In this document: in pieces, positions 35,634 to 53,909 of the stretch
Position numbering within the stretch: position 1 is the stretch's first letter
How the letters are laid out: every line of letters begins with the position of its first letter
From: Pseudomonadota bacterium
Lineage (GTDB): Bacteria; Myxococcota; JACRCW01; JAFGSX01
Assembly (NCBI GenBank): GCA_043821645.1
Contig: JBDRCO010000023.1
Location: 169,141 to 233,140, forward strand
Direction: 5' to 3'
DNA length: 64,000 bases
Position numbers and translations under genes: made by a program
The notes under the pieces: model-generated
What the model was told of the DNA's origin: nothing
Seen by the model: only the letters and a program-made list of their open reading frames with translations
Database searches by the model: none

Positions 35634-37700
35634 CTAGTCACGCACGGGCACGGCCTTGAGGGCGGCCTTGCCAGCCTTGACGTAAACCTGGAAGCGAACC
35701 GTACGACATCCATACTTGCTGATGAGCTGCTCGCGGTTCTTGTGCAGCTTGACCAGAAAACGATCATAGGAGAGGTCCGAGATGGCCTCCCCGCATTCCT
35801 TGCGGGTGGCAATGAACTGCTCGTACACCTCCTTGAAGTGTGCCTCGTCAGGATCCACAGAAGGACCACGGATGGCAGCCTGCAGGAGATCGTCCGGGAT
35901 GGCGGCAACCACGGTGGCGTCCGGATTGTAGGGCTCGGCTGCCGGTGCTGCGTAGGATGGGGGGGCGGCACTCGATGCGGACGCGGCGAGGAGTTCCTCG
36001 GGGACCTGCACCATCACCGTGCGCTCTGGATTCCACTCCGAAGGCTGGGCCGACGGGGGGGCCACGGCGGGTGTCGGAGGTATCGATCGCGGAGCCGCGG
36101 CGGGGGGCGGAGGCGTCGAGCGCGGAGCCGCAACGGGCGTCGGAGGCTTCGAGGGCCGTGACGGAGAGGCGAAGCTGCCCGAGGATAGCGAGGCCATGAA
36201 ATCAGCGGCGGAGTCCTCCTCGCTGCCGGTGGAGGCCACCGTCGCAGGTGGCGCGACCGGGCGTAGCGACGGAGAAGATGCCGGGGGAGTCGAACGTGGG
36301 GACGCATCTTGCCCGGGCAAAGACAGAGGCGCCGAGGCCATCCCATCCATGGGCTCCGCATCGTCGAACAGCGACGCGATGCCGGATTGCCCGCCGTCAT
36401 CTGGAAGCGGTTGAAAAGCGTCCAGGGGCAGGCTCGCAACGGGTTCATCCTCCGCCGCCTCAGCACCGCTGCTCGATGGATTCGACAGGCCGGCGATGCC
36501 AGCGAACTGAAAGTCACCCGTGGCCATCGGAGCTGCCTCGGGTGCACTGCCAAGCACGTTGCTCAGGTCATCTCGGGATGCTGCTGTCCTCTGTGTCACC
36601 GGAACGCGGGTGATGAGCATGTTGATGAGCTTGCCCAGCCGAGTGTAGGGGTCCTTGAGGATGATCTCGGGGAGCACGCCGACGTTGGCTCCCTGCTGCA
36701 CGCCACTGAGATGCTCGACCATCATTGCCAGAGGTTTGCTCACCACGCCGCGAATGCTCAGTCCCCAGGCCAGGCTCAACAAGACGAGCAGGATGGTTGC
36801 CGAAAGAATCAAGATCTGTCGCTGGGCCACATCGGAGAAGAGCAGACCGTGAGGGACATTGACCGCGAGCTGAAGCTGCGATGGCCAGCCCCGGGTCGAT
36901 GTCGCCGTACCGACGAACTGACCGAGATCGGGTGCAAGCAGGGGAAGCGGCGCGTAGGGCGACGGGTTTGCCCCGTACACCGTGGGCTCGCTGCTCGCCG
37001 GAATGGTGGCTGCCTGATCCAGCACGAAGCTCTGACCCAGTGGGCGCCCGTTCCAGAGCAAGGCGATTCCTGACTCGATCCCACCCTCGAGACGCGGCAT
37101 CTTGCTCGCGATGGCGGTGATCCGCGCGGGCCCGAGCTTGAAGCCGGCAATCACACCACCAACGACCTGGCCATTGCCCAGGCTCGCGGCGGCCGCCACG
37201 GCATACTCGCCATCCTCGAGCACCCACACACCGTCGAGGGCAGCACCGCCGAGCATCGTCGAGACCAGGGGAATGCCCGCCACCGAATCGGAGCGATCCT
37301 GTGGAGCATTGCTGCGCAGCAGGACACGCCCTTCGGCATTGACCACCAGGATCCATTCCGGTCGGCCGGCACCGTCGATGTTTTCTCTCCACCCGTTCAA
37401 CGCAGGCAGCAGGTTTGCGACAGCCTCGTCGATGAGCTTGCGCTGATCCTGCGGGTTTGCCTGGCGAAGGTCGGTCAGCGGGATCCGAATCATGTCCCCG
37501 TTGGCGAGCTCGATGGTGCGGTTGACATTGTCGAGCGCCCACTGATCCAGGGCGAGCTCGGCCGCGGCCCGCACAGCCACGAGCTGTGCGTCGATGAGCT
37601 GCTCGCGGTCCTGCAGCAGAGCCTGGGTCTCACCCACGAACGACGCAGCACCCCCGATCAGAAGGATGACCGAGAGTGAGTAAATCTGAAATCGGAACAT
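35634..37700 (-). CDS. MXAN_5187-like membrane protein (TM, Cache-like periplasmic domain, TM, disordered linker, conserved C-terminal domain)
   Basis: C-terminus VYEQFIATRKECGE...FLVKL.KNREQL..KYGCRTVRFQVYVKAGKAALKA recognised as the myxobacterial MXAN_5187 C-terminal domain. Confidence 0.8.
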   Translation of the reverse strand: MFRFQIYSLSVILLIGGAASFVGETQALLQDREQLIDAQLVAVRAAAELALDQWALDNVNRTIELANGDMIRIPLTDLRQANPQDQRKLIDEAVANLLPALNGWRENIDGAGRPEWILVVNAEGRVLLRSNAPQDRSDSVAGIPLVSTMLGGAALDGVWVLEDGEYAVAAAASLGNGQVVGGVIAGFKLGPARITAIASKMPRLEGGIESGIALLWNGRPLGQSFVLDQAATIPASSEPTVYGANPSPYAPLPLLAPDLGQFVGTATSTRGWPSQLQLAVNVPHGLLFSDVAQRQILILSATILLVLLSLAWGLSIRGVVSKPLAMMVEHLSGVQQGANVGVLPEIILKDPYTRLGKLINMLITRVPVTQRTAASRDDLSNVLGSAPEAAPMATGDFQFAGIAGLSNPSSSGAEAAEDEPVASLPLDAFQPLPDDGGQSGIASLFDDAEPMDGMASAPLSLPGQDASPRSTPPASSPSLRPVAPPATVASTGSEEDSAADFMASLSSGSFASPSRPSKPPTPVAAPRSTPPPPAAAPRSIPPTPAVAPPSAQPSEWNPERTVMVQVPEELLAASASSAAPPSYAAPAAEPYNPDATVVAAIPDDLLQAAIRGPSVDPDEAHFKEVYEQFIATRKECGEAISDLSYDRFLVKLHKNREQLISKYGCRTVRFQVYVKAGKAALKAVPVRD

Positions 37701-37732
37701 GGTGTGAATCCGTCCTTAGCGTGACGACGTCG

Positions 37733-38716
<984 letters not shown>

Positions 38717-38738
38717 GATATCCCCGACGGGTGGCCAG

Positions 38739-40256
38739 TCAATAGAAATGGGGGGCGCAGGGCGCAGTCTCGACCGTCGCCCGCGGGAGCCTGGAGAAGT
38801 TCAGCACTTCCAGGACCGAGGTCACCCCGACCACCGCAAAGCCACAGAAGAAAAGGGCGAGCCAGGGCAAGGACCACCACGCCTCACGCTGCGCAGCGGT
38901 GACCAGGGCAACACCGTAGTACAGCGCGAGGACCAGCTCGAGCCACACTGTCCACGCCAGCGAAGCCCGGTAGCCCGAATGCCGGGAGCGCGCCGGTTCG
39001 TCCTGGGCGCCGATGGCCGCGAGCTTGGGCGTCCGCAGGAAGGGACTGTCGTGACCGATCAGCGCCTCGATGACCGCCCTGGCGTTGTTCACCGAGAGGC
39101 CTGCGCCGATGACGAAGAGCAGGGGTAGCGCCAGAATGCGACGCCACCAGCCCGCTCCGGACGCCTGGGCCGCGCGCAAGAAGTAGAGACTGACACCTCC
39201 GCTGCCGAGCACCAGCAGGACCAGATCCACCGCCAGCATCGTGGTCGACCCCAAAGCAAGCCGCAACGCGACAGCTACAGGAAGCAGCAGAGCCAGCACC
39301 GCCATGAGCAGGTACGCGCCGTTGTTGAGCAGATGCAATCCGGCCTCGATGCGTGTTGCCCTGGCCATGGGTTCGCGCAGGATTCGGCCAAGCAACTTGC
39401 GCGCGGTCTGGATCGAGCCCTTGGCCCAGCGGAACTGCTGTGCCTTGAAGGCGGTGATCTGGGAGGGCAACTCGGCTGCGGCCGTGGCTTCGGGCCGGAA
39501 CACGAAGCGCCAGCCAGCGAGCTGGGCGCGATAACTCAGGTCCAGGTCCTCGGTCAGCGTGTCGTGCTGCCATCCGCCCGCGGACTCGATGCAGGTCCGA
39601 CGGAACACACCCGCCGTGCCGTTGAAGTTGAAGAAGCGCCCGTGCCGGAAGCGTGAGACGTGCTCGACCAGGAAGTGCCCGTCGAGCATCAGGGCTTGCA
39701 CCGAGGTCAGCGCCGAGGCCCTGGGGTTGAGGTGCTGCCAGCGCCCCTGCACCATTCCGACCTGGGGATCCGCGAAGTCGTCAACACAGCGTCGCAGGAA
39801 GTCGGGTGCTGGCACGAAGTCCGCGTCGAAGATCGCGATGAGTTCGCCGCGCGCGAGGCGAAGACCATGCTCGAGAGCCCCGGCCTTGAACCCCACGCGT
39901 TCACCGCGCTGCAGGTGCTGGATGTCGAGACCCCTGGCCCTCCAGTGGTCGACCGCTGCGTCCGCGATCCCGACGGTCTCGTCGCTGGAGTCGTCCAGGA
40001 TCTGCACCTGCAGGTGATCCCAGGGATAGTCCAGGGCAGCCACGGCATCGATGAGCCTGCGCACCACGAAGCGCTCGTTGTAAACAGGGAGCTGCACCGT
40101 CACGACGGGAAGTTTCTCCAGCGCCGGAACACATTCGCGGACCGGGCCGCGCCGCAGGTGCAGCGCCACCAGCCACAGCCTGTGCAGGCCGAACAGCGCC
40201 AACCCGCCCATGGTGGCGACGTACGCGGCGATGATGATGGGGGCGAGAATGTTCAT
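38739..40256 (-). CDS. GT2 cellulose-synthase-like processive glycosyltransferase
   Basis: QLPVYNE, DDS, GFKAG, FDADF, TEDLDL and QQFRW (QxxRW) motifs; C-terminal TMs. Confidence 0.92.
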   Translation of the reverse strand: MNILAPIIIAAYVATMGGLALFGLHRLWLVALHLRRGPVRECVPALEKLPVVTVQLPVYNERFVVRRLIDAVAALDYPWDHLQVQILDDSSDETVGIADAAVDHWRARGLDIQHLQRGERVGFKAGALEHGLRLARGELIAIFDADFVPAPDFLRRCVDDFADPQVGMVQGRWQHLNPRASALTSVQALMLDGHFLVEHVSRFRHGRFFNFNGTAGVFRRTCIESAGGWQHDTLTEDLDLSYRAQLAGWRFVFRPEATAAAELPSQITAFKAQQFRWAKGSIQTARKLLGRILREPMARATRIEAGLHLLNNGAYLLMAVLALLLPVAVALRLALGSTTMLAVDLVLLVLGSGGVSLYFLRAAQASGAGWWRRILALPLLFVIGAGLSVNNARAVIEALIGHDSPFLRTPKLAAIGAQDEPARSRHSGYRASLAWTVWLELVLALYYGVALVTAAQREAWWSLPWLALFFCGFAVVGVTSVLEVLNFSRLPRATVETAPCAPHFY

Positions 40257-40308
40257 CTGGATCCCGCCGTCCCCGGCGCAGCTTGGAGTGGTCCGATCGA
40301 TCGGTTGG

Positions 40309-40336
40309 ATAGTAGTCGGGTGAGGGAGCGTGTCAA
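40309..40336 (-). promoter_or_regulatory. Candidate sigma70 promoter for the GT2 gene
   Basis: TTGACA-16 nt-TACTAT between the rpoC stop and the GT2 start. Confidence 0.55.
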
Positions 40337-40439
40337 GACGTGGAGACCGACCTCAGCGTCGAGGTCAGGATGCATCAACGTCGTCAGATGAGAATTTTAT
40401 CAGGGCGCCGGTCGAGAGCCTCCCGGTGCGTGTCCGCGC

Positions 40440-44582
<4,143 letters not shown>

Positions 44583-44608
44583 AGGAGGCTCCCTTTTTTC
44601 CAGGGGGG

Positions 44609-44654
44609 CGTCGGGCTCCCCCCGTGCCCGCCGGGCTCGGGTCCCGTCGGGCTC
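44609..44654. repeat. Three copies of CG(T/C)CGGGCTC in the rpoB-rpoC spacer
   Basis: Copies at 44609-44618, 44629-44638 and 44645-44654. Confidence 0.7.
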
Positions 44655-44698
44655 ACCCCTGCCAGCACGCCGGCGGGGGACTTGGATATATCCCTACA

Positions 44699-48814
<4,116 letters not shown>

Positions 48815-49067
48815 GGACGACGCCCCTTGTCTCGTCGAGAGCGTGCCTCGACGTCGTTGCACCGCTGCGAACCGGTGCTACCAGATACGGTCGCGCGCGA
48901 TTGAATCCCTTGTCACACTAGATCGAGTCACGTCGGAGAGAATCCTGCTGGGCCGTGGAGCCAGGAAGGCCGGGGCGGGGAGTGAGGTGTACGCCATCAA
49001 CGCCCATCGCCTCCGTCGAGACTCGCGGGCTTGGCGTCGGGCCAGGGCCGCGAGCACGAGATAGGTC

Positions 49068-49120
49068 CAAAGACGAAACGCTCCTCGTCCCGGTTTGTCC
49101 AAGGCGAGGAGCGGTCTTTG
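49068..49120 (-). terminator. Attenuator/terminator-like hairpin upstream of rpoB
   Basis: A 9-bp stem CGCTCCTCG/CGAGGAGCG followed on the minus strand by TTTCGTCTTT; it can extend by a 7-bp CAAAGAC/GTCTTTG helix. Confidence 0.55.
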
Positions 49121-49337
49121 TCCTAGAAGTCGCGGGCTACTTAGCAGCTAGATACTGGAGCGTCCAGGTTTTTCTGCAAATGTGAGGCCCACCTGAATTT
49201 TCTTTATTTTTCAATTCGTTATATCTCACTCATAAGACATAGCCTGAAACATTCACGTATCAATGGGCCGGATCCGACGTCGGCGCTCCCTACCTGAACC
49301 CCTGGAATAGGCGCGCCTCCTGTGGCGGATGCGGCCT

Positions 49338-49754
49338 TCACTCCCCGATGATCTTGCACAGCACGCGCTTGCGGCGGCGGCCGTCGAACTCGAAGTAGAA
49401 GATCTGCTCCCAGGTGCCGAAGTCGAGCGTGCCCTCGGTGATGGCGCACACCACCTCGCGGCCCATGATCTGGCGCTTGTGATGGGCGTCGCCGTTGTCC
49501 TCGCCGGTGCGGTTGTGGCGGTAGCGCTTGGGGTCGTGGGGCGCGAGGCCCTCGAGCCAGTCCTTGTAGTCCTGATGCAGCCCACTCTCCGCGTCGTTGA
49601 TGAACACACTGGCGGTGATGTGCATGGCATTGACCAGGCACAGGCCCTCGCGCACGCCGCTCTCGGTGATGGCCTGCTGCACCTCCTCGGTGATGTTGAC
49701 CAGGTCCATGCGCGCCGGGATGTTGAACCACAGTTCTTTGCGATGAGACTTCAT
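49338..49754 (-). CDS. yjbQ: YjbQ (UPF0047) family protein
   Basis: [29 protein letters not shown] and [14 protein letters not shown] motifs. Confidence 0.92.
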   Translation of the reverse strand: MKSHRKELWFNIPARMDLVNITEEVQQAITESGVREGLCLVNAMHITASVFINDAESGLHQDYKDWLEGLAPHDPKRYRHNRTGEDNGDAHHKRQIMGREVVCAITEGTLDFGTWEQIFYFEFDGRRRKRVLCKIIGE

Positions 49755-49779
49755 GACGGCTCCGTTCGCGATCGAGACA

Positions 49780-50559
49780 CTAGACCTTCGGCCCCTCGAA
49801 CCACGACGCCAGGAAGCGGCGCACCTCGGGGTGCTGGCTGTGCTTGAAGTGTTCGGGCGGGCCATGCTCGACGATCTGACCCTGATACAGAAAACAGATC
49901 TGATCCGCGATCTGAAAGGCCGAGGAGATGTCGTGGCTGATGACCACGCTGGTCACGCCCAGCATCTTCTTGGCGTGCAGGATCATCTCGTCGACCATGT
50001 CCGTGGTCAGGGGGTCGAGGCCGGTGGTGGGCTCGTCGTAGAGCACGATCTTGGGGTCCAGGATCACGGCCCGGGCCAGGCCCACGCGCTTGCGCATGCC
50101 GCCGGACAGCTCGGCGGGAAACTTCAGCTCGACCTCGGGGCCCAGGCTGAACAGCTGCAGCTTGTCGCGCACGCGCTGGGCGATCTCGTCCTTGCTCAGG
50201 GTGGTGCGCTCGCGCAGGGGAAAGGCCACGTTGTCGAACACGCTCATCGAGTCAAACAGCGCCGCGCTTTGAAACACCATCCCGAAGTCGGCGCGAACGT
50301 CATTGAGAGCCCGGCCGCCCAGCCCCACGATGTTGGTGCCGTTGATGCGAACCTCGCCCGAGTCGGGGTGCTCGAGGCCAATCATGTGCTTCATGAGCAC
50401 ACTCTTGCCCTGGCCCGAACCGCCCAGGATCACCGTGGTGGTCCCCGGCGGCACCGCCAGGTTGACCCCGCGCAGCACCTCCTGAGCCCCGAAGCGCTTC
50501 TTGAGCTCGATGATCTCGATCATCGCGGGCGGGATGGCCACTGCGGGCTGGGCGCTCAT
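49780..50559 (-). CDS. MlaF/Mkl-like ABC ATP-binding protein
   Basis: [43 protein letters not shown] and [10 protein letters not shown] motifs. Confidence 0.9.
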   Translation of the reverse strand: MSAQPAVAIPPAMIEIIELKKRFGAQEVLRGVNLAVPPGTTTVILGGSGQGKSVLMKHMIGLEHPDSGEVRINGTNIVGLGGRALNDVRADFGMVFQSAALFDSMSVFDNVAFPLRERTTLSKDEIAQRVRDKLQLFSLGPEVELKFPAELSGGMRKRVGLARAVILDPKIVLYDEPTTGLDPLTTDMVDEMILHAKKMLGVTSVVISHDISSAFQIADQICFLYQGQIVEHGPPEHFKHSQHPEVRRFLASWFEGPKV

Positions 50560-50567
50560 GGGGTGCG

Positions 50568-50596
50568 TGTATAGCGCAGAGACCGCGCGGACCCAA
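50568..50596 (-). promoter_or_regulatory. Possible leaderless-type promoter of the MlaF-like gene
   Basis: TTGGGT-17 nt-TATACA; ATG 8 nt downstream; no SD; weak -35. Confidence 0.35.
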
Positions 50597-50693
50597 ACGA
50601 CTTCGAGAGGCACCGTGTCCCGGACCGTGCGCAGGGGAGTGGGCATTCTTCGCTCCCGGTGCTACATCGCTGCCACCTCACGAGGGACCCCGC

Positions 50694-51971
50694 ATGCCGC
50701 AGCCCCGTCGCCAGGCCGCCATGGTCTTCATCGTCGTCACCTTGCTGCTCGACGTCATCGGGCTCGGCATCATCATCCCGGTGTTGCCGCACCTGGTCGA
50801 GCACATGCTGGGCGACGACGCGAGTCGCGCAGCCGAGGTGTATGGCCTGCTGGCCTCGTCCTACGCCGTGATGCAGTTCCTGTTTGCGCCAGTGCTGGGA
50901 GCCCTGAGCGATCGATTCGGACGGCGTCCGGTTCTCCTGGTCGCGCTGTTCGGCTTTGGCATCAACTACCTGATCATGGGCTTCGCACCGTCCATCTTCT
51001 GGCTGTTCCTGGCGCGCATCCTGTCAGGCGTCACGGGTGCCAGCATCACCACCGCCAATGCCTACATCGCGGATATCTCGACGCCGCAGAACCGTTCTCA
51101 GAACTTCGGCCTGGTCGGCGCCATGTTCGGCATAGGCTTCATCATCGGTCCGGCTGTCGGCGGCGTGCTCGGACACTTCGGCCCGCGCGTGCCCTTCTTT
51201 GCGGCCGCGGCCGTCGTGTTCGCCAACTTCCTGTACGGGCTGCTGGTGCTGCCCGAGTCCCTGGCCGTCGAGCACCGCAGGCCCTTCAAGCTGACGCGCG
51301 CCAACCCCCTGATTGGAGTGCTGTCCCTCGGCCGCTTCAAGCTGGTGGCCGGACTCGCGCTGGCCTTCACCTTTGCATCGCTGGCGCAGCGCGGTCTGGA
51401 GACCGTGTGGGTGCTCTACACCAGCTATCGCTATGGCTGGCACGAACTCGAGAACGGTCTCGCCCTCGCCCTCGTCGGCGTCACCGCGGCCATCGTGCAG
51501 GGAGGACTCATTCGCAAGATCATGCCCGTGCTCGGAGAGCGCCGGGCGGTGGTCGCCGGCCTCTCACTGTCTCTGATCAGCATGGTGCTGTACGGCCTGG
51601 CCAGCCAGAGCTGGATGATGCTGGCAGTGGTCGCCGTGTCCGCCCTGGGTGGTATCTCCATGCCCGCGATCCAGGGCCTGGTCGCCGGCAGCGTGCCACC
51701 CTCGGAGCAAGGGAGCGTCCAGGGCACCCTGACCTCGCTGATGAGCCTGACCGCCATTGCGGCGCCGTTGATCTCGAGCCAGCTCTTCGCGTTCTTCACC
51801 CGACCTACGGCTCCGCTGCAGCTTCCAGGTGCACCCTTCTTCGCCGGGGCCCTTTTCGTGAGCCTGGCGCTGGTCACCAGCATCCTGGTGTTCCGGAGAA
51901 TCCCTGCAACGGCTCCGTCGCCAGCGGACCTGGTGCCCGGAGCCGCCGCCGAAGCGGGTCCTGCATCCTGA
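50694..51971 (+). CDS. TCR/Tet (DHA1) family MFS efflux transporter
   Basis: LDVIGLGIIIPVLP, motif A GALSDRFGRRPVLL and motif C GFIIGPAVGG. Confidence 0.92.
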   Translation: MPQPRRQAAMVFIVVTLLLDVIGLGIIIPVLPHLVEHMLGDDASRAAEVYGLLASSYAVMQFLFAPVLGALSDRFGRRPVLLVALFGFGINYLIMGFAPSIFWLFLARILSGVTGASITTANAYIADISTPQNRSQNFGLVGAMFGIGFIIGPAVGGVLGHFGPRVPFFAAAAVVFANFLYGLLVLPESLAVEHRRPFKLTRANPLIGVLSLGRFKLVAGLALAFTFASLAQRGLETVWVLYTSYRYGWHELENGLALALVGVTAAIVQGGLIRKIMPVLGERRAVVAGLSLSLISMVLYGLASQSWMMLAVVAVSALGGISMPAIQGLVAGSVPPSEQGSVQGTLTSLMSLTAIAAPLISSQLFAFFTRPTAPLQLPGAPFFAGALFVSLALVTSILVFRRIPATAPSPADLVPGAAAEAGPAS

Positions 51972-52076
51972 GTCGGCTCGCGAGCGGCAGGCGAAACTCG
52001 CCCCGGGTCTGCGCGCACATCCACCCAGCTTGCATGCACTCGCGGCCTGCGCTGAGATGGCGCGAGGAGGGACTCC

Positions 52077-52646
52077 ATGAAGAGTGATCGCATCCGGATG
52101 AGTGTCGAAGTCTCCGCGCCCCCCGAGGATGTGTACAAGGCCTGGCTCAGCGGCCGCAGCCATGGCGCCATGACCGGATCGCATGCGACCGGCAGTGCCC
52201 GCGAAGGCACACGCTTCACCTCGTGGGACGGCTACATCGAGGGTGAGAATCTGAGTCTGGAGCCCTACGCGCATATCCTGCAAGCCTGGCGCGCCGAGGA
52301 CTTCCCGGAGCAGGCTCCACCGTCGCGGCTCGAGATCTCGCTCGTCGCGACCCGGGTCGGGACCAGGCTGCTGTTGACGCACACCGAGCTGCCGGCGGGG
52401 TCCGCAGAGGGCTACGCCCAGGGTTGGCGGGAGTTCTACTTCGAGCCCATGCGCTCGTACTTTGCGCGCCGCTCGACCAGCAAGGTGCGGGCGGGCGTCA
52501 AGAAGGCGGCTGCGCAGAAACCGAAGCGGGCTGCGAGCAGCAGTGCCCGGACCGCGGTCAAGGCCAAGCCTTCGACCCGGGCAGCGACCCGCGCTCCAAC
52601 CAAGAAGAAGGCGGCCAAACCCGCCAAGAAGGTCGCCCGGCGCTGA
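52077..52646 (+). CDS. SRPBCC/AHSA1-like protein with a Lys/Ala-rich C-terminal tail
   Basis: APPEDVYKAWL, WDGYIEG and GWREFYFEPM motifs; tail KKAAAQKPKR...KKKAAKPAKK. Confidence 0.85.
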   Translation: MKSDRIRMSVEVSAPPEDVYKAWLSGRSHGAMTGSHATGSAREGTRFTSWDGYIEGENLSLEPYAHILQAWRAEDFPEQAPPSRLEISLVATRVGTRLLLTHTELPAGSAEGYAQGWREFYFEPMRSYFARRSTSKVRAGVKKAAAQKPKRAASSSARTAVKAKPSTRAATRAPTKKKAAKPAKKVARR

Positions 52647-52666
52647 GCCTTTCTCCCGTGGCCTGC

Positions 52667-53908
52667 TCAGGCCTCTGATGCACTCTTGAGCACGCACTGC
52701 AGCAGCACGTTGGCTCCGGCCTCGCAGTCCTGCCAGGTCGTGTTCTCGACCTCGACGTGGCTGCGGCCGCCGATGGACGGCACGAAGATCATGGCCGTGG
52801 GGCAGCATTTGTTCATGTAGCTGGCGTCGTGACCGGCCCCGGAGACCATGCGCAGCGACGAGTAACCGAGTTCACGGGCGCTCTCGAGGACGCGATCTAC
52901 GAGCTTTTCGGAGAAGGGCTGGTGCCCCACCCGCCAGGTCTCCTCGATGCGGATCGGGCAGCCCCGGCGCTCGGCGATGGCCTCGAAGTCCTTGCGCACG
53001 AGGTCCCAGGCTGCGAGGGCGTGATCGTCGTCCCAGGACCGGATGTCGACGGTGAAGTGCACGCGGTCCGGGATGATGTTGCGCGAGTTGGGTCCGTTCT
53101 GGATCTCGCCCACCGTGGCCACCATGTTGCCGTCCATGCGCGCCGGCAGCTCGTTGACCTTGAGGATCATCTCGGCGGCGGCGCACAGAGCGTCGTGGCG
53201 GCCGGCCATGGGCGTGGGGCCCACCTGGTTGGCCGTTCCCTCGAGGTACACGTCGTACCAGTGCAGGCACAGGATGCCCTTGGGTGCACCGATGAGCTTG
53301 GCCTCGCGCTCGAGCATGGGGCCCTGCTCGATGTGGTACTCGTAGTAGGCGTGCACCGGAAAGGCCTGACACACCTGCTCCCCTCGATAGCCGATGCGCG
53401 CGAGCTCGTCGCCTTGCTTGGTGCCCTGAATGTCCGTGCGTTCGTAGGCCCACGCCAGGTCCAGCGCGCCAGCCCACACACCCGACGCCACCATGGCCGG
53501 GGCAAAGCGGCTGCCCTCCTCGTTGGTCCAGTCCACCAGCACCAGGGGACGCTCGGTCACCACCTTGTGCTCGTGTACGGTGCGCAGCACCTCGAGCATA
53601 CCCATGACGCCGAGGATGCCATCGAAGCGGCCACCCTTGGGCTGGCTGTCGACGTGGGAACCGCTCATGACCGGCGGCAGCTCATCGCGACGACCGGCGC
53701 GGCGACCGAAGATGTTGCCCATCTGGTCCACCGAGACCTGGCAGTCCAGCTCCTTGAGCCAGCGTGTCAACAGGTCGCGAGCCAGCTTGTCCTCGTCGCT
53801 GAGCGCCAGCCGCTGCACGCCACCAGCGGGTGTGCCTCCGATCTTCGCCATCTCCTCCAGCGAGGCGCGCAGGCGGGCGCCGTTGATGCGCAGGGCACCG
53901 CTGTTCAT
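52667..53908 (-). CDS. M20-family Zn amidohydrolase (N-carbamoyl-amino-acid / beta-ureidopropionase type)
   Basis: GSHVDSQP.GGRFDG, NEEGSRF, EYHIEQGP and SGAGHDA motifs; AAGGAGG RBS before MNSG. Confidence 0.92.
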   Translation of the reverse strand: MNSGALRINGARLRASLEEMAKIGGTPAGGVQRLALSDEDKLARDLLTRWLKELDCQVSVDQMGNIFGRRAGRRDELPPVMSGSHVDSQPKGGRFDGILGVMGMLEVLRTVHEHKVVTERPLVLVDWTNEEGSRFAPAMVASGVWAGALDLAWAYERTDIQGTKQGDELARIGYRGEQVCQAFPVHAYYEYHIEQGPMLEREAKLIGAPKGILCLHWYDVYLEGTANQVGPTPMAGRHDALCAAAEMILKVNELPARMDGNMVATVGEIQNGPNSRNIIPDRVHFTVDIRSWDDDHALAAWDLVRKDFEAIAERRGCPIRIEETWRVGHQPFSEKLVDRVLESARELGYSSLRMVSGAGHDASYMNKCCPTAMIFVPSIGGRSHVEVENTTWQDCEAGANVLLQCVLKSASEA

Positions 53909-53909
53909 C

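Noticed and set aside
50694-51971. Acquired tetracycline resistance gene tetA
   Set aside because: Family-level similarity only; no tetR or mobile context; codon style matches the host.
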